Shown here: positions 45,654 to 56,432 of the stretch, piece by piece | How the letters are laid out: each line of letters begins with the position of its first letter | Position numbering within the stretch: the stretch's first letter is position 1 | Origin: an uncultured Campylobacterales bacterium | Lineage (GTDB): Bacteria; Campylobacterota; Campylobacteria; Campylobacterales; QNZT01 | Length of the DNA stretch: 57,988 nucleotides | Assembly: GCA_964447385.1 (NCBI GenBank) | Contig: CAYUSV010000001.1 | Coordinates: forward strand, 1-57,988 | Direction: 5' to 3' | The notes under the pieces: generated by a model | What the model was told of the DNA's origin: nothing | Database searches by the model: none | What the model saw: only the letters and a program-made list of their open reading frames with translations | Position numbers and translations under genes: made by a program

Positions 45654-47341
45654 GATTTTCTAAACTCTTTGCTCCTACATCAAAAGATGCTCCAAAAGAT
45701 GCTCTGCTTCCAAGTCATATCTATTTAATTCGAGGTGGATTTATCGCGCAAGTTGGTAGTGGAATTTATAATTTTTTACCACTTGGGAAAATAGTTCTTG
45801 ATAAAATTACTCAAATTATTAAAGAGGAAATGGACGCTATAGGTGCATTGGAGACAAAGCTTGGTTTTGTTACGCCTGTTAAGTTATGGAAAGAGAGTGG
45901 TAGATACGATAAATTTGGTAAAGAGCTTTTAAGATTTAAAGATCGTAAAAACAATGAGTTTGTTTTAGGACCAACACATGAAGAGGCAATGGTAGATTTG
46001 GTGCGAAGTCGTGTTAAGAGCTATAAACAACTTCCTCTTCATCTGTATCAGATAAATAGTAAGTTTCGAGATGAAGCAAGACCTAGATATGGACTTTTAA
46101 GAGGTCGAGAATTTTTGATGAAGGATGGATATAGTTTTCACCAAGACAGAGATGATTTAGTAAGAGAGTTTAATTTAGTAGAGAAAACTTATGCAAAAAT
46201 TTTAGATCGTTTAGGTTTGGAGTATAGGGTTGTTGATGCAGATAGTGGGAGTATTGGCGGAAGCGGCTCTAAAGAGGTTATGGTATTGGCCAAAAATGGT
46301 GAAGATGATATAGTTATATGTTCAAAATGCGATTATGCAGCAAATATAGAAGCTGCAAAAAGAGCAAAAGCAACTCCTAAGATAGATCAAGTAGCGCTTA
46401 AATATGCTAAAGTACATACGCCAAATATTAAAAGTATTGAACAGTTATCTCAATTTTTTAAAATAGATCCATATTTTACACTCAAAGCTGTAGCTAAAAA
46501 AGCAATTTACGCTGATTCTCAAAAGATAGTAATTTTTTTTATAAGAGGTTGTGACTCTTTGCAGGAGACTAAAGCACAGAGTGTTTGTGGAGCGCTTGAG
46601 CTTATTGATGCTACAGAAGAAGAGTTAAAAGATATTGGGGTTTTTGCTGGATTTATAGGTCCTAATATTGAAAATGTTAAAATTTTTGTAGATCTTGAGT
46701 TAAAAAATGAGACAAATTTAGTTTGCGGAGCAAATGAGATTGATTATCATCAGACAGGATTTAGTTTAAAAGATGAAAAATTTGAATTTGTTGATCTCAT
46801 AGAAGTTCAAAAAGATGATATATGTAGTTGTTGTGGTGATGTTTTAAAGATCACTAAAGGTATTGAAGTAGGGCATATATTTCAATTGGGCGATACCTAT
46901 TCCAAACCTTTAGATGCAACTTTTTTAGATCAAAATGGAAAATCTAAACCGTATATCATGGGAACTTATGGCATGGGTGTGAGTAGACTTGTAGCTGTAA
47001 TTATTGAGCAACACCATGATGAAAAAGGGTGTTTATGGACAAAAGAGACTACACCGTTTGAGATTTTGATTGTTGTATCGAATATTAAAGATGAGGTGCA
47101 AAAAGAGTTTGCACAATCTCTTTATAACGATCTTAAAAATGCAGGTATTGAAGTATTGTTAGATGATAGAGCTGAACGATTTGGATTTAAAATGGGTGAT
47201 TTTGAACTTTTAGGTTTTCCAAAAGCGGTAATTGTAGGTAAAGCTCTGGCTAATGATGAAGTACAACTTGTGGATCGAAAATCATTGGAAAAAATTACAA
47301 TCTCTAAAGACGAGATTTATCAAAGGTTAATGGAGACATAA
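45650..47341 (+). CDS. proS: proline--tRNA ligase
   Basis: 563 aa with class II motifs (FRDEARPRYGLLRGREFLMKD, GMGVSR) and an insertion or editing domain. The TTG start overlaps the hemA stop. Confidence 0.95.
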   Translation: MRFSKLFAPTSKDAPKDALLPSHIYLIRGGFIAQVGSGIYNFLPLGKIVLDKITQIIKEEMDAIGALETKLGFVTPVKLWKESGRYDKFGKELLRFKDRKNNEFVLGPTHEEAMVDLVRSRVKSYKQLPLHLYQINSKFRDEARPRYGLLRGREFLMKDGYSFHQDRDDLVREFNLVEKTYAKILDRLGLEYRVVDADSGSIGGSGSKEVMVLAKNGEDDIVICSKCDYAANIEAAKRAKATPKIDQVALKYAKVHTPNIKSIEQLSQFFKIDPYFTLKAVAKKAIYADSQKIVIFFIRGCDSLQETKAQSVCGALELIDATEEELKDIGVFAGFIGPNIENVKIFVDLELKNETNLVCGANEIDYHQTGFSLKDEKFEFVDLIEVQKDDICSCCGDVLKITKGIEVGHIFQLGDTYSKPLDATFLDQNGKSKPYIMGTYGMGVSRLVAVIIEQHHDEKGCLWTKETTPFEILIVVSNIKDEVQKEFAQSLYNDLKNAGIEVLLDDRAERFGFKMGDFELLGFPKAVIVGKALANDEVQLVDRKSLEKITISKDEIYQRLMET

Positions 47342-47751
47342 TGCCATTTTTAATAATTTATCTATTTATTGAAGTTTTAGTGAGTGTTGAGTTAGCCGGA
47401 AGACTTGGTGGACTTTTAACATTTGTAGAGATTATTGTCTCTGCATTAATTGGATTTTTTTTGTTAACAAATTTTCGATATACTCTCGCAAGAAGTGCTA
47501 GTGATCTTATGAGTGGGGCTATCTCTATGCAAGATTTCCAGAAGATGAGCCTTTTTACACTTATTGGTGCAGTGCTTTTGATAGTTCCGGGTTTTTTTAG
47601 TGATATAGTCGGTGTGCTGTTACAATTTAGTTTTTTTGGCACACTATTTGCAAGTAAAGTTTTGAACTTAAAAAATAAAAAAAATATAAAAAGTGAGGAA
47701 AAAGATGACGCGATTGATGTCGAAGTTATTGATATTGACAATTCTAAGTAG
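47341..47751 (+). CDS. fxsA: FxsA family membrane protein
   Basis: 136 aa, MPFLIIYLFIEVLVSVELAGRLGG..., with the PGFFSD block. Confidence 0.8.
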   Translation: MPFLIIYLFIEVLVSVELAGRLGGLLTFVEIIVSALIGFFLLTNFRYTLARSASDLMSGAISMQDFQKMSLFTLIGAVLLIVPGFFSDIVGVLLQFSFFGTLFASKVLNLKNKKNIKSEEKDDAIDVEVIDIDNSK

Positions 47752-48586
47752 TAGCTTGGTTTTTGCAAAAACAGATGTAAAAAAAGTACAAGAGTCACAA
47801 GAAGATAAAACTAAAAAAGAGCTTGTTAATTATGTTAAAAGAGCGGTTAGTGTAAATAAAGATTTTAAACTTAAAGATGTTCGTATAAAACAGAGTAAAA
47901 ATGTTGACAACATGGATGGGTGGAAACTTTATTTTTTAGATATTGATCTTGAGATTATTTCGCGAAATGGAAAAGTTACAACTGTACATGATAAAATTTT
48001 TTCAAATGGTAAATATTTAACACGAGATTTTGTAGAGCTTTCAAATAAAAAATCTCTAAAAGATAGAATTGTTCCGGATATGGATAACTCATATTATAAA
48101 AAGGATCATTTAGTATATGGGGATTTTAATGCAAAAGATAAGATTGTAGTTTTTAGTGATCCTATATGTCCGTTTTGCCAAAATTATATGCCTGAAATAT
48201 TTAAAGCAGTTAAAGCAAATCCAAAAAAAATTGCACTTTTTTATTATCATTTTCCTTTAGAGATGATCCATCCTGAAGCTCCAACTATTATCAAAGCGGC
48301 CATGGCAGCAGAGAAAAATGGAATGAAAGATGCTCTTGTAAAAGTATATAACAAAAAATTTAATATCGAGAGTAAAGATGAACAAAAGATACTTGATATT
48401 TTTAATGAAAAGATGGGAACAAAATTAACGCTAAAAGATATTAATACACAAGAAATTTTAAAACACTATAGCCAAGATTTGGAACTTGCAGGTAAAATGA
48501 TGATTGGTGGTACACCAACAGTTTATGTAAATGGAAAAAAAGATTTTAGTAGAACAAAATATAAACAAATTTTAGGAATAAAATGA
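47705..48586 (+). CDS. periplasmic thiol:disulfide interchange protein (DsbC/DsbG-like thioredoxin fold)
   Basis: The ATG at 47705 after GAGGAA gives a signal peptide, [21 protein letters not shown]. The active site is CPFC. Confidence 0.75.
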   Translation: MTRLMSKLLILTILSSSLVFAKTDVKKVQESQEDKTKKELVNYVKRAVSVNKDFKLKDVRIKQSKNVDNMDGWKLYFLDIDLEIISRNGKVTTVHDKIFSNGKYLTRDFVELSNKKSLKDRIVPDMDNSYYKKDHLVYGDFNAKDKIVVFSDPICPFCQNYMPEIFKAVKANPKKIALFYYHFPLEMIHPEAPTIIKAAMAAEKNGMKDALVKVYNKKFNIESKDEQKILDIFNEKMGTKLTLKDINTQEILKHYSQDLELAGKMMIGGTPTVYVNGKKDFSRTKYKQILGIK

Positions 48587-49527
48587 AAAAACTAATTATT
48601 GCAACAAGAGGAAGTAAATTAGCACTTTGGCAGTCAGAATATATTAAAAAATGTCTTGAAGATACACATGCTGGTCTTGAGGTTGAGTTGAAGGTTATGA
48701 AAACTAAAGGGGATATTATCTTAGACACCTCTTTAGCAAAGATTGGTGGAAAGGGTCTTTTTACTAAAGAGCTTGAAGAGGCGATGTTAAGAGGTGAAGC
48801 TCACATCGCAGTTCATAGTCTCAAAGATGTACCGACTCATTTCCCAGAGGGTTTAGTTTTGGGTGTGATTACTAAAAGAGAAGATGTTAGAGACGCACTT
48901 TTAAGTGAAAAGTATGATAGTATTGAAGCTTTACCTCAAAATGCAGTGGTTGGAACAACTAGCTTAAGAAGAAGAATGCAAATTTTGGCACTTAGACCTG
49001 ATCTTGTTATAAAAAACTTAAGAGGAAATATCAATACAAGAATTAGAAAGCTCAAAGAGGGTGAGTATGATGCTATAATTTTAGCTACTGCTGGTATAAA
49101 TAGATTGGGATTAAATAATGAAGTTAAATTTGCTACACCTATACCAACAACACAGATGATCCCTGCGATGGGTCAAGCTGCTCTTGGAATAGAAGCTATT
49201 GATGATCCAAAAGTGCTTGAACTTATCTCTATCTTAAATGATGAAGAGGCGATGATAGAGACAACAGTTGAGAGAGATTTTGTTGAAGTTCTTGAAGGTG
49301 GTTGTCAAGTTCCAATTGGTGTAAATGCTAAACTTAAAGATGATGAAATTGTTGTCAGATGCATAGTTGGTATGCCCGATGGAACTGAACTTTTGAAAGA
49401 AAAAAGTTTAGGACAAAAAAATGATTATCGCTCTTTAGGAAAAGAATTAGCAGATATTATGGTCGAAAATGGTGCAGTTGTACTTTTAAAACGGGCAGAG
49501 GAGTTAGCACTCAAAGAGATTTTATAG
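48583..49527 (+). CDS. hemC: hydroxymethylbilane synthase (porphobilinogen deaminase)
   Basis: 314 aa with [18 protein letters not shown] and GGCQVPIG. Confidence 0.95.
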   Translation: MKKLIIATRGSKLALWQSEYIKKCLEDTHAGLEVELKVMKTKGDIILDTSLAKIGGKGLFTKELEEAMLRGEAHIAVHSLKDVPTHFPEGLVLGVITKREDVRDALLSEKYDSIEALPQNAVVGTTSLRRRMQILALRPDLVIKNLRGNINTRIRKLKEGEYDAIILATAGINRLGLNNEVKFATPIPTTQMIPAMGQAALGIEAIDDPKVLELISILNDEEAMIETTVERDFVEVLEGGCQVPIGVNAKLKDDEIVVRCIVGMPDGTELLKEKSLGQKNDYRSLGKELADIMVENGAVVLLKRAEELALKEIL

Positions 49528-49535
49528 GAGTTTAT

Positions 49536-51347
49536 ATGCATCAGGCGATAGAGTTATTAAAAGAGCACTCTCTACTAAGAGTAATCGAAGAAGAGGTTGA
49601 CATAGATTTAGAGATTGCTCATATCGCTTATATAGAAGTAAAAAAGAGTAACTCTAAAGCACTTCTTTTTACAAACCCAGTTAGCAAGAGATTAGATAAA
49701 AAGTTTAAAACACCTGTGCTTATGAATGTTTTTAGCTCACATGAAGCTACAAATCTTTTTTTAGGTAAAGATGCAGATGAGATAGCCGATGAAATTGAAG
49801 CACTTTTACATATAAAACCTCCAAACTCACTAAGTCAAAAGTTTGATATGCTCTCAAATCTTTTTAAATTGAAAAATGTTTTTCCAAAAAGAAGTAAAAA
49901 AAGAGGTAAATCTCAAGAGATAATTATAAAAGATGATATAAATCTTTATGATATCCCTATTTTAAAGACTTGGTCTGGTGATGGTGGTCCATTTATAACG
50001 ATGGGACAAGTTTATACCCAATCGCTTGATGGTGAGATTAAAAATCTTGGCATGTATCGTCTACAAGTTTATGATAAAAATCGACTAGGAATGCATTGGC
50101 AAATTCATAAAGATAGTGCTACATTTTTTAGACAATATAAAGAAGCTGGAGTTAAGATGCCTGTTTCTATTGCCATTGGTGGTGATCCTCTTTATACTTG
50201 GGCAGCAACAGCACCGCTTCCTCATGGAGTGTTTGAACTTTTGATGTATGGATTTATCAAAGGTGAAAGTGCAAAGCTTGTAAAATCTTTAACAAATGAT
50301 ATCTGGGTTCCAGATGATGCAGATTTTGTTATTGAGGGTTTTGTTGATACAAACAAAAGTGAGATAGAAGGACCTTTTGGCGATCATACAGGATATTATA
50401 CACTAGAAGAGGAGTATCCAGTGATGGATGTTAGTTGTATAACTACTAAAAAAGATCCCATATATCTTGCAACAGTTGTTGGAAAACCGCCACTTGAAGA
50501 TAAGTATATGGGTTTTGCTACTGAGCGTATATTTCTTCCACTTTTAAAAACTACTGCGCCAGATTTAATTGATTATATTATGCCTGAAAATGGGGTATTT
50601 CATAATTTAATCATTGCCAAGATGAAAGCCTCTTATCCAGGACATGCCAAACAGTTTATGCATGCGTTTTGGGGAGTAGGACAGATGAGTTTTGTAAAAC
50701 ATGCAATATTTGTAGATGATGATGCACCTAGCCTTGAAGATTATGAAGCTTTAAGTGATTATATCTGTGATCGTTTTATGGTGAGTAATATATTAATTAG
50801 TGAAGGTGTATGTGATGCACTAGATCATGCTTCTAATGATTTTGCGTATGGTGGTAAACTAGGTATTGATTGTACAAAAGACAATGTTGATTTTCCTAAA
50901 AAAACAGTTTTTAGTGATGAAGAGCTTTATGAGAAAATAAACTCAATTGAGCCTACAATTTCAAAAATCAAACAGTATAAAACTTATACAAAAACTCCTA
51001 TTTGTGTTATTGCTATAGATAAACAAGAGAGTATAAAAAAGATTTATGAAAAGTTAAAACCTATAAAAGAGCATACAAAATTATTGATATTTGTAGATGA
51101 GAAGAAAAATGATATAAATAATCCGTATATGTTGATTTGGAGAGTGGCTAACAATATCGATGCAAATAGAGATATCTATCTTGAAAATGAGTTTATTGGA
51201 GTTGATGGTACCAATAAAGGAGAAATTGAAAATTTCCCAAGAAGATGGCCGGGAGATACTGATTGTGATGAAAAAGTTATCAAGTCACTAATGCAGAGAA
51301 AACTAATAGATATAGATGATGAATTTTTAAAGAAGTTTTATATATAA
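49536..51347 (+). CDS. UbiD family decarboxylase (menaquinone-biosynthesis-associated type)
   Basis: 603 aa with UbiD blocks (GMYRLQV, HWQIHKD, GPFGDHTGYY) and a long C-terminal extension, as in epsilonproteobacterial homologues. Confidence 0.8.
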   Translation: MHQAIELLKEHSLLRVIEEEVDIDLEIAHIAYIEVKKSNSKALLFTNPVSKRLDKKFKTPVLMNVFSSHEATNLFLGKDADEIADEIEALLHIKPPNSLSQKFDMLSNLFKLKNVFPKRSKKRGKSQEIIIKDDINLYDIPILKTWSGDGGPFITMGQVYTQSLDGEIKNLGMYRLQVYDKNRLGMHWQIHKDSATFFRQYKEAGVKMPVSIAIGGDPLYTWAATAPLPHGVFELLMYGFIKGESAKLVKSLTNDIWVPDDADFVIEGFVDTNKSEIEGPFGDHTGYYTLEEEYPVMDVSCITTKKDPIYLATVVGKPPLEDKYMGFATERIFLPLLKTTAPDLIDYIMPENGVFHNLIIAKMKASYPGHAKQFMHAFWGVGQMSFVKHAIFVDDDAPSLEDYEALSDYICDRFMVSNILISEGVCDALDHASNDFAYGGKLGIDCTKDNVDFPKKTVFSDEELYEKINSIEPTISKIKQYKTYTKTPICVIAIDKQESIKKIYEKLKPIKEHTKLLIFVDEKKNDINNPYMLIWRVANNIDANRDIYLENEFIGVDGTNKGEIENFPRRWPGDTDCDEKVIKSLMQRKLIDIDDEFLKKFYI

Positions 51348-51485
51348 TGTGCGCTGAATGTGATTGTCTTTTTATAATATCTTTAATTAATGGCGTGAAA
51401 AATGTATAAAAGTGACAAGTTAAATTAAATTTAATTGTAAATCGTGTATGATGTAGGTTAAATAATTTTAAATTAGGAGTTTGAA

Positions 51486-52205
51486 ATGAGAAAAATAATA
51501 TTGATGGCTGTGTCTGCAACAGTTCTATTTGCAGGTGCAGATATTGAACCGTTGGTGGATTATGAAATTCAAGATGTACAAAAAGCTAAAGTTGAAGAGA
51601 TAAGACAAGTCGCACCGGCTCCGGTACCTGCTCCTGTTGTTGTGGCTCCGACGCCTGCGCCTATAGTGCCTGTAGTTGTTGCTAAGAAAAATTGGTATGT
51701 TGGGTTAGATGTATTAGCCGGTAGATTTGAGACAAACTCAGGTGCTTGTACTGGTCTTGGTGATATTGTTGCAAAAATAGGTTATAATTTCAATAGATAC
51801 ATAGGCGTTGAGGGTCGTGCAGGTTTTGGTGTCATAAAAGCTGATCATGATAAAAATATAGGTGGAACATCACAGATTAAAGAGAATTATGGGATTTATC
51901 TAAAGCCTCAACTCCCGCTTGGAGATACAATATCTCTGTTTGGACTTGCTGGTTATGCAAAAGCAAAAGTTGATAGTAAAAGTACAAGTACTGGCGGTTT
52001 GAGTGGTAAGCTTAATGAAGCAAGTCCTTCATTTGGTTTAGGTTTAGAGTATATGATCAATGACAGTTGGAGTATAGTAGCTGAAGGTATTAGACTTTTA
52101 CATAAAGTTAAAGCTTCTACTGGAACATATACACCTGTGCCTAGCCCTGCTGAAGACGATATCAATCTTGATACTTATGGTCTTGGCTTTAACTATAAAT
52201 TTTAA
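51486..52205 (+). CDS. outer-membrane beta-barrel protein with N-terminal Pro/Ala/Val-rich segment
   Basis: 239 aa with a signal peptide, then APAPVPAPVVVAPTPAPIVPVVVA, then a beta-barrel pattern ending ...GLGFNYKF. Confidence 0.7.
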   Translation: MRKIILMAVSATVLFAGADIEPLVDYEIQDVQKAKVEEIRQVAPAPVPAPVVVAPTPAPIVPVVVAKKNWYVGLDVLAGRFETNSGACTGLGDIVAKIGYNFNRYIGVEGRAGFGVIKADHDKNIGGTSQIKENYGIYLKPQLPLGDTISLFGLAGYAKAKVDSKSTSTGGLSGKLNEASPSFGLGLEYMINDSWSIVAEGIRLLHKVKASTGTYTPVPSPAEDDINLDTYGLGFNYKF

Positions 52206-52212
52206 ATAATTA

Positions 52213-52243
52213 ATTGCAATGAGAAGTAGATTCTCTTTGCAAT
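52213..52243 (+). terminator. hairpin downstream of the OMP gene
   Basis: ATTGCAATGAGAA-GTAGA-TTCTCTTTGCAAT: a 13-bp stem with one mismatch and no clear T-run after it. Confidence 0.35.
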
Positions 52244-52263
52244 ATCTCCATAAAAATTAATTT

Positions 52264-53871
52264 ATGAAAAAACTTTTTTTTCTATCTCTGTTTGTTTTGC
52301 ATCTTTCTGCTTTTTTGGATTTTGATCCATATTGTTGCCAAAAGGAGATTTCTGAGTCAAAATTAAATAGTATTGGGTTAGTGAATTCTGCCAAAGTTTA
52401 TACATTTTATGAAAATAGAGAGTATGCACTTTTATGGGACAAACAAGATTTAAATGATTTTATAGCTACTACAAATAATCCAAAACTTAACTATCTCTCT
52501 TTAGATTATCATCAAAAAGATATAGAGAGTTTAATACTTGCGCTTGACGATACAAAAATACCTCAAAAAAAGAAGATTTTAGCACAAATTGATCTATTGG
52601 CAACCGATGGATTTTTTTCCTTTGCAGAAGATTTAGGTGTTGGACTTATTGATGCAGATAAGTTTCAATCACTACTACAAGAGGATGAGATAGATATCGT
52701 ATGGGAAAAAAATATAAAAGTTTATAGATATGAAGACGATTTAGAACTTGCATTAAAAACTAATATGTTGAAAGTTCTTCTGCATCGATATGTACCTACT
52801 AGTGATGCCTATAATAGATTAATTGACGCATATTTAAATTATGAAAAAACATCGTTTCCATTAGTTGATTATGGTAAGTTGATGAAAATAGGAGATTACG
52901 GATATCGTGCTTCTCAATTAAAAGTATATCTTTCAAAGACTGGTGATTTAAAAAATGTTGACAAAGATTATATTGATTTTCCAACCTTTGATGAAAAATT
53001 AAAAATTGCACTTAAAAAGTTTCAAAAAAGACACTATTTAAAACAGACTGGTGAGTTAGATCGTGTTACTGTTCTTTATGCAAGAAAAAATGTTGATGAA
53101 AAAAAAGAGCTTATTAAGCTTAATATCGAGAGATATAAACTTTTGCCACGCATTCATGATAAAGAGTACTTAGAGATAAATATTCCAGAATTTTCACTAA
53201 AGTATTTTAAAGATAAAACTTTGATTGATGATATATTTGTAGTAGTTGGAAGAGAAGACCGTCCAACACCAATTTTTAATGATGAGTTAGAGTATATTGT
53301 GCTAAACCCCTCATGGATAGTTCCTCAAAATTTAATGCGAAAAGATTATATTCCTAAACTTTTAGAAGATCCAAATTCATTGTTAGAAGAGGGTATACAC
53401 ATACATCAAAAACCTTCAAGATACTCTTTAGAGATAAATGCATCAACTGTAAATTGGGAGATCTATTTGGATGAAAAGAGATACATACCATACTATTTTA
53501 TCCAGTATCCGGGCGAGAAGAATGTTTTGGGCGATATGAAATTTATTTTTCCAAATAAGTATAAAGTATATCTACACGATACAAATGCCAAAAAGTTAAC
53601 AAACCAAAAGTATAGACTTTTTAGTTCAGGTTGTATTAGACTCTCAAAGCCATATAAATTACTCTATATATTGTCAAAATATACAAAATATACAGGTGAT
53701 GAATTAAGTGAACTAATAAGTAAGAAAAAGACTATTAATGTTTCACTTAAAAAGAATATGCCTATTTATATTCGATATTTTACTGTTTTTATAGATAAAG
53801 ATTTGGATTTGGCATTTAGGAAAGATTTTTATGGTATTGATATGTTGCAACTTGCATCAATGCGTAAATAA
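52264..53871 (+). CDS. L,D-transpeptidase (YkuD domain, YcbB-like) with peptidoglycan-binding region
   Basis: 535 aa with a signal peptide and the catalytic block YLHDTNAK...FSSGCIRL (His/Cys of the YkuD fold). Confidence 0.8.
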   Translation: MKKLFFLSLFVLHLSAFLDFDPYCCQKEISESKLNSIGLVNSAKVYTFYENREYALLWDKQDLNDFIATTNNPKLNYLSLDYHQKDIESLILALDDTKIPQKKKILAQIDLLATDGFFSFAEDLGVGLIDADKFQSLLQEDEIDIVWEKNIKVYRYEDDLELALKTNMLKVLLHRYVPTSDAYNRLIDAYLNYEKTSFPLVDYGKLMKIGDYGYRASQLKVYLSKTGDLKNVDKDYIDFPTFDEKLKIALKKFQKRHYLKQTGELDRVTVLYARKNVDEKKELIKLNIERYKLLPRIHDKEYLEINIPEFSLKYFKDKTLIDDIFVVVGREDRPTPIFNDELEYIVLNPSWIVPQNLMRKDYIPKLLEDPNSLLEEGIHIHQKPSRYSLEINASTVNWEIYLDEKRYIPYYFIQYPGEKNVLGDMKFIFPNKYKVYLHDTNAKKLTNQKYRLFSSGCIRLSKPYKLLYILSKYTKYTGDELSELISKKKTINVSLKKNMPIYIRYFTVFIDKDLDLAFRKDFYGIDMLQLASMRK

Positions 53872-53877
53872 AAAAGT

Positions 53878-54594
53878 CTACTCTTTTATAGTAGATATAA
53901 AATCTTGATAAATTTGCTCTAATTCAACATCTCGTTTTTCAATGTTCTCTTCATGGTGAGTTTGTATAGCCTCCTCTAAAACAGTAAGACGCTTAAATAA
54001 GTACAAAAACAGTTGTTTATTTATATCTGGTAGTTTATTGTGACTTAGTGGGCTTTTATCTTTGCCTCTAACTATAACACGAGCTGGAATTCCTATGGCT
54101 GTAGACTCTTTTGGTACTGATTTAACCACTACAGAATTGGCACCTACACGGGCATTCTCTCCTATGATAATATCACCGAGCACTTTAGCGCCACCACCTA
54201 TAACAGCTCCTTTTTTTATAGTGGGATGTCTTTTTATATCTCGCTCTAAACTGACTCCCCCAAGTGTAACTCCTTGGTATATTAGTACATCATCTTCTAC
54301 TATGGCAGTCTCCCCTATAACAACACCAAAGCCATGATCTATAAAGACTCGTCTTCCTATTGTACATCTTGGATGAATATCTATATTTGTTACCATCTGT
54401 GTAAAACCCATTATAATTCTAGCTATCAGTTTAAATTTTTTTTTATAGATAACATGTGCAAACCTATATGCAATAAGAGCCCAAACGCCTGGATAATTAA
54501 ATATAAGTTCAAATTTTGAAACTATTGCAGGATCATTTTTCCATGGAGTTAAAAAATCCTCCTTGACAACTGTAAAAAATGAACTTTTTCTCAT
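53878..54594 (-). CDS. cysE: serine O-acetyltransferase
   Basis: 238 aa with left-handed beta-helix hexapeptide repeats (IDHGFGVVIGETAIVEDDVLIYQGVTLGG...) and a C-terminal tail. Confidence 0.85.
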   Translation of the reverse strand: MRKSSFFTVVKEDFLTPWKNDPAIVSKFELIFNYPGVWALIAYRFAHVIYKKKFKLIARIIMGFTQMVTNIDIHPRCTIGRRVFIDHGFGVVIGETAIVEDDVLIYQGVTLGGVSLERDIKRHPTIKKGAVIGGGAKVLGDIIIGENARVGANSVVVKSVPKESTAIGIPARVIVRGKDKSPLSHNKLPDINKQLFLYLFKRLTVLEEAIQTHHEENIEKRDVELEQIYQDFISTIKE

Positions 54595-54602
54595 GCGTTA
54601 CC

Positions 54603-56432
54603 TTACTTTATCGTTTTTAGATAGCCATTTTCTCTAAAGAAAATTTCAATCATATCTACTGTCTTATCTTTTAACTGCAGAGGTATCAAGCTAGAAGTTT
54701 CTATCTTTTTTTTGATCTCTCTTTGAACTTTGGTCATATCATAATTTAAATTGCCTAAAATGTCTATTATAGATGAAGATTCTATAACTTTTTCTATAGT
54801 ATATCCTTGTTTGTTGATCAATATAGTAGCTTCTGTTGGGTGGGTAAAGAGGTTGTGGTTCATTCCCAACGCTTCTTGGTAGGCACCAACAAGAAAGAAA
54901 CCTAAAAAATACTCCTCTTTTGCAAGGTCTATGCTATGTAAAAAAAGTGGATTTTTAGCATCAAATGCAATTTCACCATCACTATCACATGTGATATCCC
55001 ATAAACTAGCAGAACGGGTAGGTTTTTTATCTAATTTCATCAATGGCATTACCGGAAAAAGTTGTTTTAATCCCCAAAAATCTGGCATACTTTGAAATAT
55101 TGAAAAATTTATCAAATACTTTTCTACAATCATGTTCTGTATATGTAAAAGCTCTTTATAGTGATAATCTTGAAGCAAAAATATCGCTTTTTTAATGATA
55201 AGATGTGTTAAAACTTCACTATTAGATCTATCGATTAGATCAATATAGCCTAGATCAAATAGTGTTAAAAGTGAATTTAAATGATCAAGCCCATCATGTA
55301 GATACTCTAATGCATTATTTTTATTTATTGATTGGTAAAGCTCATTTAACTCAACAATCAGAGGAGGGTTATGTTCTTTTAGTTTTAAATCTTCTTTGAG
55401 ATACCCTTCACTTACTAGCTCAAACACAGGAGCTATCAAAACTGCATGTGAAGCGCAGATATAACGACCTGATTCGATAAGAATATTTGGCTCTTTTACT
55501 TTTTTATCTTTAGAGATTGATCCTAGCATAAATGTTATGTCATTTGCATACTCTCTTAGAGAGTATTTAGCACTTCTAGTCTCTTCATTTTGTGCATATT
55601 CTACACACAATCCACCTCCAAGATTGATAGTGTGTAAGTTATAAGCTCCTAATTTTATTAAATTGGCATATATATTTCCAGCTTCTCTAATCGCTTTTTT
55701 TAAATATCCTATATCTGTGATTTGTGAACCGATATGAAAGTGAATCATTGTAAATTTATCAAGTAGATTTGATGCTTTTAAGAGTTCAATCGCTTTTATA
55801 AGTTCAGTTGAAGTGAGACCAAACTTTGAGTTAATTCCTCCACTTTTAGCCCACACCCCTACACCTAAACTATGTAGCTTAATACGAAGTCCAATATCTG
55901 GTATAGCGTGTGATTGCTCTTTTGATACCTCGATAATAGTTTCAAGCTCGTTTATGCCCTCAATAGTAAGAGTGATCTTTTGTCCCATAGCACAAGAGAT
56001 AAAACCAAGCTCTATCATCTCTTTGTCTTTAAATCCATTAACAGTTATTGGAGCGTCTTTTTGTATATGTGACATAGCTATTAAAAGCTCTGCTTTACTA
56101 CCTGCTTCAAGCCCATAATTGTATTCGCTTCCTGCTTGTGTGAGTGCGTGTATAAAGTTTGGAAATTGATTTACTTTTAGTGGAAAAACTGCTTGAAATT
56201 TACCTTTGTAGTTTAACTCTTTTGTCGCTCTATCAAAGTTTTGGTATATACTCTCAATCTGTTTTTTTATCAAGTGAGGAAACCTAAGAAGCAAAGGTCC
56301 TCTTTTGCCTTGATCTCTTATCTTTTTTACAATTTCATAAAGAGATGGCTTAGAGCCTTTGTTGACCCTAACATACTCTTGGTCGATGATGAAATTTCCA
56401 TCACTCCAAATATCAATACCGTATCTATTCAA
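54603..56432 (-). CDS. speA: biosynthetic arginine decarboxylase
   Basis: 609 aa of the PLP fold-III decarboxylase family (FPLKVNQ lysine block, GGGL, CDSDG). Confidence 0.9.
   Translation of the reverse strand: MNRYGIDIWSDGNFIIDQEYVRVNKGSKPSLYEIVKKIRDQGKRGPLLLRFPHLIKKQIESIYQNFDRATKELNYKGKFQAVFPLKVNQFPNFIHALTQAGSEYNYGLEAGSKAELLIAMSHIQKDAPITVNGFKDKEMIELGFISCAMGQKITLTIEGINELETIIEVSKEQSHAIPDIGLRIKLHSLGVGVWAKSGGINSKFGLTSTELIKAIELLKASNLLDKFTMIHFHIGSQITDIGYLKKAIREAGNIYANLIKLGAYNLHTINLGGGLCVEYAQNEETRSAKYSLREYANDITFMLGSISKDKKVKEPNILIESGRYICASHAVLIAPVFELVSEGYLKEDLKLKEHNPPLIVELNELYQSINKNNALEYLHDGLDHLNSLLTLFDLGYIDLIDRSNSEVLTHLIIKKAIFLLQDYHYKELLHIQNMIVEKYLINFSIFQSMPDFWGLKQLFPVMPLMKLDKKPTRSASLWDITCDSDGEIAFDAKNPLFLHSIDLAKEEYFLGFFLVGAYQEALGMNHNLFTHPTEATILINKQGYTIEKVIESSSIIDILGNLNYDMTKVQREIKKKIETSSLIPLQLKDKTVDMIEIFFRENGYLKTIK

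Noticed and set aside
47358-47798. 146-aa minus-strand ORF
   Set aside because: It is antisense to fxsA and the start of the Dsb-like gene, both of which have recognisable family features. There is no SD.
51423-51436. 14-bp perfect palindrome AATTAAATTTAATT upstream of the OMP gene
   Set aside because: It is pure A/T low-complexity sequence in an AT-rich intergenic region, expected by chance, with no associated signal.
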